DNA from: an uncultured Ruminococcus sp.
Lineage (GTDB): Bacteria > Bacillota > Clostridia > Oscillospirales > CAG-382
DNA: 33,848 nt
Reading direction: 5' to 3'
Assembly (NCBI GenBank): GCA_964403645.1
Contig: CAYOGQ010000004.1
Span: 1-33,848, forward strand
The notes under the pieces are model-generated. The model saw only the letters and a program-made list of their open reading frames with translations. It was not told the DNA's origin and did no database searches. Position numbers and translations under genes: made by a program. Below are positions 9,239 through 17,500 of the stretch, piece after piece. The number at the start of each line of letters is the position of its first letter. Position 1 is the stretch's first letter.

Positions 9239-10714
9239 GTGATAAAATTGAAAATAACCCTTGAAACCTCCGCCGGAACATTCATTAAAGAATACGCGGG
9301 TCCCGTGCTCCTTTCAAAGGTGCTTTCCGATTGCGGCGTCTTTGTCGCTTCCGATTGCGGCGGAAGGGGCGTGTGCGGGAAGTGCCGCGTTAAGGCTGAC
9401 GGCGTGCTTTCGCCGCTCACCGAAACCGAAAAACTTCTGCTTGGCGATAGCGGCAAGCTTCGCCTTGCCTGCGTCACCACGGCTTACGGGGACGCTCACA
9501 TAATTTATAGCACAAAAAAAATCGGATTACAAGTACTTTCAGAGGGAATAAAACCCGATATAAAAATTAACGGTGAAAACACTTTTACCCCGGACGGTGT
9601 CGGAGCGGCGATCGACATAGGCACCACCACCGTCGCCGCCGCGTCATTTAACCTCGCCACGGGCGTGTTGACCGGTACTTATACTTATGAAAACCCCCAG
9701 CGCGCGCACGGCGCGGACGTGGTGACGCGGATGGATTTCGCATCCCGCGGAGGGTTCGGTATCCTAAGAGATGAGATTAACGGCGTTATAACGAAAATCG
9801 TCGCGGCGTCAAAAGCCGAAAAGATCGCGGTCACCGGCAACACCGCCATGCTCCATTTCGCGGCGGGGCTTTCCACCGACAGAATGTCGAAAGCGCCCTT
9901 TGAGCCTGAAAGCCTGTTCGGCTGTGAAATTGATGATATTTATTACTCGCCGTGCGCCTCGGCGTATTTCGGCGCGGATATCGTCTGCGGAATGGCGGCG
10001 TGCGGAATGGCGCCCTGCGGGATAAAGCGCGAAGCTCCCTCATTTATCGCCGACATTGGCACCAACGGGGAGCTTGCGGTTTTCGACGGCGAAAAATATT
10101 ACTGCTGCTCCACGGCGGCGGGCCCCTGTTTCGAAGGCTGCGGCATAGAGCGCGGTATGCCCGCGTCGGACGGAGCGGTCAACCGGGTGTATTTTGAAAA
10201 CGGCGCGCTGCGCTTTGACGTCATAGGCGGCGGAAAACCGCATGGCTTATGCGGCAGCGCTCTCGCCGATTACGCCGCCGCGCTCCTCGGCGCGGGAATA
10301 ATCGACAAATCGGGTTATATGGAAGAAAACCATGTCCTCTGCGAAAACGTGTATCTCACCCCCCGCGACGTCAGGAATTTACAGCTTGCCAAAGCGGCCA
10401 TACGCGCGGGGATTGAAACGTTGCTTACGGTTAGCGGTACCAGGGGCAGGATAAAAAAGTTTTTCCTTGCCGGGGGGCTTGGCAGTTCGGTCGACGTGCG
10501 TTCGGCGGCGACGATAGGGCTTATCCCCGCCGAATTCGTACCCGTCGCCGTCCCGGCGGGCAACGCTTCGCTTTCGGGCGCTTCCGCTTCGCTCCTCGAC
10601 GTTGAATTTTTAAGAAAAACCAAAGAAATCGCACAAAGGTGCGAAATTATTGAGCTTGCCGACAGCGAGCTGTTCGGCGAGAATTTTATAAATTACATGG
10701 CATTGGGGGATTGA
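9239..10714 (+). CDS. reductive activator of corrinoid enzymes (RACE/RACo-type: N-terminal [2Fe-2S] ferredoxin plus ASKHA ATPase)
   Basis: 491 aa with a GTG start. Plant-type ferredoxin cysteines C40-x5-C46-x2-C49...C78 (SDCGGRGVCGKCRV...LACVT) are followed by the ASKHA phosphate-1 motif AIDIGTTTVAAA at residues ~125-135. Later DIGTNGELA and GGLGS motifs are also present. Confidence 0.85.
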   Translation: MIKLKITLETSAGTFIKEYAGPVLLSKVLSDCGVFVASDCGGRGVCGKCRVKADGVLSPLTETEKLLLGDSGKLRLACVTTAYGDAHIIYSTKKIGLQVLSEGIKPDIKINGENTFTPDGVGAAIDIGTTTVAAASFNLATGVLTGTYTYENPQRAHGADVVTRMDFASRGGFGILRDEINGVITKIVAASKAEKIAVTGNTAMLHFAAGLSTDRMSKAPFEPESLFGCEIDDIYYSPCASAYFGADIVCGMAACGMAPCGIKREAPSFIADIGTNGELAVFDGEKYYCCSTAAGPCFEGCGIERGMPASDGAVNRVYFENGALRFDVIGGGKPHGLCGSALADYAAALLGAGIIDKSGYMEENHVLCENVYLTPRDVRNLQLAKAAIRAGIETLLTVSGTRGRIKKFFLAGGLGSSVDVRSAATIGLIPAEFVPVAVPAGNASLSGASASLLDVEFLRKTKEIAQRCEIIELADSELFGENFINYMALGD

Positions 10715-10718
10715 TTTT

Positions 10719-11876
10719 ATGAAACGGCTGTTTGATATCATCGACTCGCTTTCGGAAGAGTACGTTTCGCTTCTCACGGAAATGTGCGAAATCGAAAGCA
10801 AATCCGACGACAAGGCGGGCGTGGACAGGGTATGCGCCTTGATAAAGGAACACGGGCGTCAAAAGGGTTACACTGTAAATGAGCTGAAGCTCGAAAAGGC
10901 GGGTGATGTCGCCTCGCTGACCTACAACCCGGACGGCGAGCGGGAGCTGGTCTGCGTCTCAGCGCATATGGACACGGTGTTCGACAAGGGCGAATTCGGC
11001 TATCCGCCCGTAAAGCGTATCGGCGACCGGCTCGTCGGACCGGGGGTGATCGACTGCAAGGGAGGGATCGCCGTCGCGCTCATGGTCCTCGACGCGCTGC
11101 GCATATACGGCTATAAGCGCCGCCCGGTAAAGCTCATACTCCAAAGCGAAGAAGAGGTCGAATCGGTGCTTTCGGGCGGGAAAACTCTCGAATTCATGAT
11201 AAACGAGGCAAAGGGTGCCGCTGCTTTCTTCAACTGCGAATGCCGGGCGGCGGGTTATATCACCACCAAAAGAAAAGGCATCATCCGATTATACCTTGAC
11301 GTAAAGGGTAAAGCAGCCCACGCGGGGGACTATTTCGAAGGCGCTTCCGCGGTGCGGGAGGCAGCTTACAAGATAATCGAGCTGGAAAAAAAGAGCGTCA
11401 GAGACGGCATCACCTACAACTGCGGGGTGGTGAAAGGCGGAACCGCTCTCAACGTGGTGCCCGACAGCTGCAAGGTCTTTATCGATGTGCGAATAAACGA
11501 CCAGGCGGAGTTCGACTTCGCCGTGAACGAGATAAATAAAACCGCGCGCGCCGTCGTCACCGAGGGCACAATCTGCGAAGTCGTGCCGATAAGCGACCGC
11601 AAGCCCATGGTCCGCACCGACGCCAACGTATTGCTGTTCGGGCATATAAACCGCGTTTCGCAAAAATACGGTTTCGGTGCGATGCGCGAATTTTTTTCCA
11701 ACGGCGGTTCGGACGCGGCGTACACCACCCTCGCGGGCATACCCACCGTCGACGACATGGGCCCGGTCGGCGGCAAATACCACACCAAAGAAGAATGGTG
11801 CCTGATACCCTCCATCGCGGAATCGGTTAAAATTATAGCCGCGTCAATTATGGAAATGGACAACGAAAATATTTAA
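10719..11876 (+). CDS. M20-family metallopeptidase (glutamate carboxypeptidase / CPG2-like)
   Basis: 385 aa. Metal-ligand blocks SAHMDTVF, GPGVIDCKGG, QSEEEVES, GGSDAAY and GGKYHTKEEW follow the M20A order. GGGGGA RBS 9 nt upstream. The start lies 4 nt after the activator's stop. Confidence 0.85.
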   Translation: MKRLFDIIDSLSEEYVSLLTEMCEIESKSDDKAGVDRVCALIKEHGRQKGYTVNELKLEKAGDVASLTYNPDGERELVCVSAHMDTVFDKGEFGYPPVKRIGDRLVGPGVIDCKGGIAVALMVLDALRIYGYKRRPVKLILQSEEEVESVLSGGKTLEFMINEAKGAAAFFNCECRAAGYITTKRKGIIRLYLDVKGKAAHAGDYFEGASAVREAAYKIIELEKKSVRDGITYNCGVVKGGTALNVVPDSCKVFIDVRINDQAEFDFAVNEINKTARAVVTEGTICEVVPISDRKPMVRTDANVLLFGHINRVSQKYGFGAMREFFSNGGSDAAYTTLAGIPTVDDMGPVGGKYHTKEEWCLIPSIAESVKIIAASIMEMDNENI

Positions 11877-11885
11877 GGATGTTAT

Positions 11886-13625
11886 ATGAAGTTGCTTTGG
11901 AAATTCGGTAACGATGCGATACGTTACAAAACGCATTATATAGTCGCGATAATCTCAACCTTTATGCTCACTTTTTTAAACCTTGCCGCCCCCAAGGCGC
12001 TCGCGTCCATGACGGGGATAGTCAAGGACGGAGTCACGCGCGAAAAGCTCGACGACATACTGGCGCTCGCTTTCATTTTATTGGGGATATATCTGACGAG
12101 GGTGGTTTTCACCTTCCTCGCGTCCTACCTTTCCCATAAGGCGGCGTGGAATTTGGTGGGTGACGTCAGGGACAGGATGTACGACAAGCTGCAAAGCCTT
12201 TCGGCTTCGTTTTACCATGACAAACAGACCGGCGACCTGATGAGCCGCATAATCAACGACACGGACAGCCTTGAGCTGCTCTACGCGCATATCATTCCCG
12301 ATCTGATCACCAGCTTCGTCACGGTCGCCGGGGTTATGGCAATACTTCTTGCCGTCAACTGGAAGCTCGCCCTGCTCACCTGCGCGCCCATCCCCTTCAT
12401 ACTCGCCATGGGGGTGCTGTTTTCCAAAAAAATTCGCCCCTATTTCCGTAAAAACCGGACCATAACCGGCGAGCTTAACGCCATGCTCCAGGATAAAATT
12501 TCCGGAATGTCCGAAATACAGGCGTTCGCCCAGGAAAAAGAGGAGTCCGCCGAAATCCATTCCAAGGTGAAAGAGAGCGTCGCCGCCATGCTGAAAGCGC
12601 TGCGGCTTTCGGGCATATTCCATCCCTCGGTGGGCTTTATCTCGGCGGCGGGATCGGTCATAGTCGTCGCCGCGGGGGGGTATCTCGCCTACCTCGATCA
12701 GGTGGGCGTGGAGGACATAGTGGCGTTTTTACTGTATTTGTCCCTGTTCTACGCACCCGTCGCGGGCCTGGCGCAGCTGCTCGAAAACGCCCAGCAGGCG
12801 TATGCCGGAGCGGAAAGGGCGATGCTCATCCTCGACAGCGAAAACGAGATAAAAGAATTGCCGAACGCCATAACCATGCCGCGCTCCGGGGGGACGGTCA
12901 AGTTTGACCATGTTTCCTTCGGCTACCGCGACGGCGAAAGAGTGCTTATCGACGTTTCCTTCGAATGCGCGCCCGGCGAAATGATCGCTTTCTGCGGGCC
13001 AACGGGCGTCGGCAAGACCACCATGTCCAAGCTGCTGTCGCGCATATACGACCCCGACGAGGGTCAAATCCTGATAGACGGCGTGAATATAAAAAACTTT
13101 ACGCTGTCCTCGCTAAGAAAGAACATAGCCCCGGTATTGCAGGACACCTTTTTATTCAACGCCACCATAGCCGAAAATATCGGCTACGCCAAAAAGGGCG
13201 CCACTCGGACCGAGATCGAAGAGGCGGCGAAAGCGGCGTATATACACGACGAGATCATGGCGATGCCCGAAGGCTACGAAACCAGGGTCGGCGAACGCGG
13301 CTTGCGGCTTTCGGGCGGGCAGAAGCAGCGTATTTCCATAGCGCGGGCGATCGTCTGCGACGCGCCGATAATCGTCCTCGACGAAGCGACGGCTTCCGTG
13401 GACGCGGAGACCGAAAAGCGGATACAGGACGCCATAAATTCCCTGATGGGCAGCCGTACGATACTCGTCATCGCCCACCGGCTTTCCACCATAAGAAAAG
13501 CCGATAAGATCATGGTGCTGGAAAACGGCAAAATCGCCGAAAGCGGCACCCACGACGAGCTGGTGTCGTCAAAGGGCTTGTATTTCAGGGCGTACGAAAT
13601 TCAGAGAGCGGGCGCGGATTTTTGA
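11886..13625 (+). CDS. ABC transporter, fused permease/ATPase (type I exporter half-transporter)
   Basis: 579 aa. A six-helix TMD is followed by Walker A GPTGVGKTT, signature LSGGQKQR, Walker B IIVLDEATS and H-loop IAHRLST. The AAGGA RBS overlaps the M20 stop codon. Confidence 0.9.
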   Translation: MKLLWKFGNDAIRYKTHYIVAIISTFMLTFLNLAAPKALASMTGIVKDGVTREKLDDILALAFILLGIYLTRVVFTFLASYLSHKAAWNLVGDVRDRMYDKLQSLSASFYHDKQTGDLMSRIINDTDSLELLYAHIIPDLITSFVTVAGVMAILLAVNWKLALLTCAPIPFILAMGVLFSKKIRPYFRKNRTITGELNAMLQDKISGMSEIQAFAQEKEESAEIHSKVKESVAAMLKALRLSGIFHPSVGFISAAGSVIVVAAGGYLAYLDQVGVEDIVAFLLYLSLFYAPVAGLAQLLENAQQAYAGAERAMLILDSENEIKELPNAITMPRSGGTVKFDHVSFGYRDGERVLIDVSFECAPGEMIAFCGPTGVGKTTMSKLLSRIYDPDEGQILIDGVNIKNFTLSSLRKNIAPVLQDTFLFNATIAENIGYAKKGATRTEIEEAAKAAYIHDEIMAMPEGYETRVGERGLRLSGGQKQRISIARAIVCDAPIIVLDEATASVDAETEKRIQDAINSLMGSRTILVIAHRLSTIRKADKIMVLENGKIAESGTHDELVSSKGLYFRAYEIQRAGADF

Positions 13626-13683
13626 TTGCACCTCAGTGAAAAAGCGGTGTTGAATGCGGCGTGCCAATAAAAATAATAGATAA

Positions 13684-14463
13684 ATGGTAATAACAATGAA
13701 TTTTACGCAAAAACCTCTTATCGGCTTCGCCTGTTCTTACGACGAGGCAAAAAAAAGGATTTTTATTAACGAAAATTACTTTGAAGCCGTTTTGAAATCC
13801 GGCGGGCTGCCCGTCGCGCTGCCATATGCCGCGGACGCGGTATGCGCGGCGGAGATCGTTACGGCGCTCGACGGCATTGTTTTTGCCGGGGGCGTGGATA
13901 TCGACCCCGCGTTCTACGGCGCGGAAAAGTCGGAAAAATGCGGAGAAATATGCGCCTCCCGCGACCTTTCGGAAAGTTTTTACGTCAGAGCGGCGCTCAC
14001 CGCCGCCGAAGGTTTGGAGCTGCCGATTTTCGGTATCTGCCGCGGCATACAGGCGCTTAATGTTTTTACGGGCGGATCGCTTTTACAGGACATCTCCTCC
14101 GAAATGGCTTTATCCGTACCCCACGGCGGGAGCAGGCACGAAATAAGCGTTTTACCGGGCAGCGTTTTGCACGGTATAGTAAAATCCGAAAAAATCACGG
14201 TGAACAGCCACCACCATCAGGCGGTTAAACATACCTCCGATATCGCGTTTCCGACCGCTTTTGCCCCCGACGGGGTCATCGAGGCGATGGAATTAAAAGG
14301 CAGGAGCAACGCCCTCGCCGTGCAGTTCCACCCGGAGATGACCTTCGGTGCTGATGATTATTCCCGCGAATTGTTCGTCTGGTTTGTGTCCAAATGCGGC
14401 AAATATAAAAATAAAAAAAATTTTAAATCATATGAAACTTTTTTCCGTGATCAAGCGTATTAG
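13684..14463 (+). CDS. class-I glutamine amidotransferase-like peptidase C26 (gamma-glutamyl hydrolase / PuuD family)
   Basis: 259 aa. Nucleophile elbow GICRGIQALNV, HHHQAV and FHPE triad elements are present. An alternative ATG lies at 13696. No obvious SD sequence. Confidence 0.8.
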   Translation: MVITMNFTQKPLIGFACSYDEAKKRIFINENYFEAVLKSGGLPVALPYAADAVCAAEIVTALDGIVFAGGVDIDPAFYGAEKSEKCGEICASRDLSESFYVRAALTAAEGLELPIFGICRGIQALNVFTGGSLLQDISSEMALSVPHGGSRHEISVLPGSVLHGIVKSEKITVNSHHHQAVKHTSDIAFPTAFAPDGVIEAMELKGRSNALAVQFHPEMTFGADDYSRELFVWFVSKCGKYKNKKNFKSYETFFRDQAY

Positions 14464-14493
14464 TTGTCGGAGACAAACCGCGTGATTTATAAT
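14464..14493 (+). promoter_or_regulatory. candidate sigma-A promoter for the A2M-like gene
   Basis: -35 TTGTCG (14464-14469), an 18-nt spacer, -10 TATAAT (14488-14493). GAAAGGA RBS and the ATG at 14525 follow. Confidence 0.4.
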
Positions 14494-14524
14494 CAGACAT
14501 ACGGTTGAAAGGATTGGTCAACAT

Positions 14525-17500
14525 ATGAAAAACGGTTATTTAAAGTTTTTGCCGCGCGTTCTCTGCCTGTTTCTCGCCGCGCTGCTTCTTGTGTCCTGCG
14601 GGAGCGGGATCATCGACGAAAGCGAAGACGGTGCGTCGAGCGCCCCGGAGGCGTCCACGGTCGATAATTTATCCGACAAAAAAGGCTTCGACCTCGTCGG
14701 GGACGCCTATGTTTCCGACGGGCTGGCAAAAAACCTTCCTACGCCGCTGCGCAAGGTCGGCGTCACCGCGGCCAAGGCCGAAGGGAAGCTCATCGCCGCG
14801 GATGAATCGTTCATAATACAGACGGACGGCGACATTTCGGCCAATGAACTGACGCAGTATGTCACGCTCTCCCCGGCGGTAGGTTACACCGTGGCAAAGC
14901 TTTCCGCCAACAAATTCGAACTTACGCCCGCCGTCAATCTCGCTTCCGGTAAGGTTTACCGGCTGCTCGTCGGCGACCGCGACAACCCGGCGTATTCCTT
15001 CGCGTTCCAGACCGAAGCGGCGCTCACGATAAAATCAGTCCTGCCCGCAGACGAGGCGTTTAACGTGCCGGTCAACGCCGGTATAGAGATTGAGTTTTCC
15101 GATTCGGTTTACGGCAACGATTTCGGAAAGTATATCACGGTTTCCCCCGCCGTAGACGGCTATTTTGCCCTGTACCCCGACGGGAAAACGGTGGCTTTCG
15201 TCCCCAACCGCGGACTGGACGCCAACAAGATTTATATAGTGACCGTAGGCAAGGGCATAACCTGCGCTTCCGGCAAAACGCTCGAGGAGGAAAGGGTTTT
15301 CGCCTTCCGCACCGCGCCGAAAAAGACCGAAAACACACAATCGGCGTATTTCAGAATGTCCTCCGTCGATTATACGTTCAGACCGGGCGATTATCCCGTG
15401 CTTTACTATTATGCCAACAACATACAGCACACGATAACCGCCGACATATACAAATACGCCTCCGTCGGCGAAGCCGTACAGGCAAAAAAGGACTACGAAG
15501 CGGTCGGCGCGGACTATTACTTTTCCGGCAAAACCTACCTTTACCCCACCGACGGGCTTACCAAAGTCACCACTTTCAATAAGAAAGTGCAGAATGAAGA
15601 TACCTTTAACAATTATTTGGAACTTCCCCAACTCGGCGGCGGGATATACCTCGTCAATTTGACGTTTGACTGCGTGATAAAAGGCGAAAAACAAACCTGC
15701 GTCAAGCAGGCGTTGGTCCAAGTCACCGACCTTACGATATATACCGAAGGCTGCGAGGGCAGCTTGTTGGTCTGGGTGAACGGTTCCGACGGCGTCGTTA
15801 AAGACGCCGCGGTCAAGGGCGAGTGCTATTCCCGCAGGAATTTCCGGATCTCCGGCAACGGCGGGATAACATTCGCTAAAACCGAAAGCAAAACCAACGC
15901 CGACGGCATCTGCTTTATGGACAACGGCAAGGATGATTCGGTTTACCTAACCGTCAAGTCCGGCGCCGACGAGGCGTATGCCTGCGTCTATTCCGGCCCC
16001 AAAACCGAATCCGACAGGTATTTCAGCTACGTCTACACCGACCGCGAGGTGTATTTCGCCGACGACACCGTCAACTTTGCGGGGACGATACGCCCCGCGG
16101 CGTCTTATACCGAAATTCCCGAAAAGCTTTATCTCAAAACATCATGGTCGGGAAGCGCTTATGAGGAAATCCAGGTGAACGTCGACGGCACCTTTAACGG
16201 CTCGCTCGAAATAGAGGGCTATTCCAATCGGTGGATTTATCTTCGCTTCTGCGACGCGGACGGCAAATTGCTGTTTTCCAAAAATATCACCGTGACCGAC
16301 CAGGATAAACCCGTCTACAAGGCGTCGCTCGCTTTCGACAAGCCCTTCTACTCGTTCGGAGATACGGTCACCGTAACGCTCACCGCCACTTTTTTTGACG
16401 GCACGCCCGCGCCCTATCTCACCTTTGACTTTTGCGCTGTCGATTTCCTGAATTCCAAAACCTTAAAGACAGGCGCCGACGGAACCGCCGTCTGTTCCTT
16501 TAAAACATATTCCAAATATACCTATTCGACTTATCCGTTTAATATAGTGGTTTGGGCGCAGCTTATAGGCGAGGAGACCACTTCCCTATACGTCAGTAAA
16601 TCCGTTATGTACTTCAACACCGATATTTATTTTACGTCGCGCCGCGTGGATTTCAATCACAGCGAGATTTATTTAAACAAGGTGGACACCTCCCGAATCA
16701 CCTGTGCCGAGGACGCTACTTACGAAAATTCCATAGGCGGCCCCGCCGAGGGGGGTGCGGTCGTCAACCTTATCAAGTGCGAATTCAAAAAGAAATACAC
16801 AGGCACCACATATGACCCCATAACAAAAAAATCGGTGGAAAACTACAATTATTACACCGAGAAAACTGTTGTCAAGTCGTATTACGCGCAATTCAAAGAC
16901 GGCGTTATAAGTCTCGACCACATACAGACCGAGAAGGGCTTCGAGGGTTACTATATGTATGAGGTGACCTATCACGGCGCCGCAAACGGCTTTGACTACA
17001 CCCAATCCGTCTACGCCTGCAAGGGCGAGGAACGCGATAATAATTATTACAACTACAACGGCGCGCCCTATTATGTCTTAAAAACCGACGGCACCGAATT
17101 TTCGGTAGGCGATGAGGTCGGAGCGTGGGTGGAGTACGGCGACAAGAAGTATGACGGCAAGGTGCTCTACACCGTGTATTCCGAAGGCAGGTTCAGCTAT
17201 ACGCTTGCGAACGAGTATTCGTTCCGATTTGACGATTCGTTCGTCGCGGGCGCTGCGCTTTACGCCACGATCTTCGACCGGGAAAAAGGAATAATAACCC
17301 CCTGGTCAGTCAGTTTGGCTTACGATTATGAAGCAAATTCCTCTCTTAACATAACCGTCGAAACCGATAAGGACGCGTATAAGCCGGGCGAAACCGTCAC
17401 GGCAAAAATTAAAGCGTCATCTCTTATCGGGACGGCGGCGGATGCCACGATAATACTCTCGGTGGCGGACGAAGCCTGTTTCGCGCTCGGCGAACAGACG

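Noticed and set aside
17477-17500. C-F-A-L-G-E-Q-T as a possible thioester (CxEQ) site in the A2M-like protein
   Set aside because: The Cys is four residues from the Glu, not two. The motif lies upstream of the TEWR A2M-domain signature, within the MG-domain VDE-type motif, and not in the TED region where the thioester occurs.
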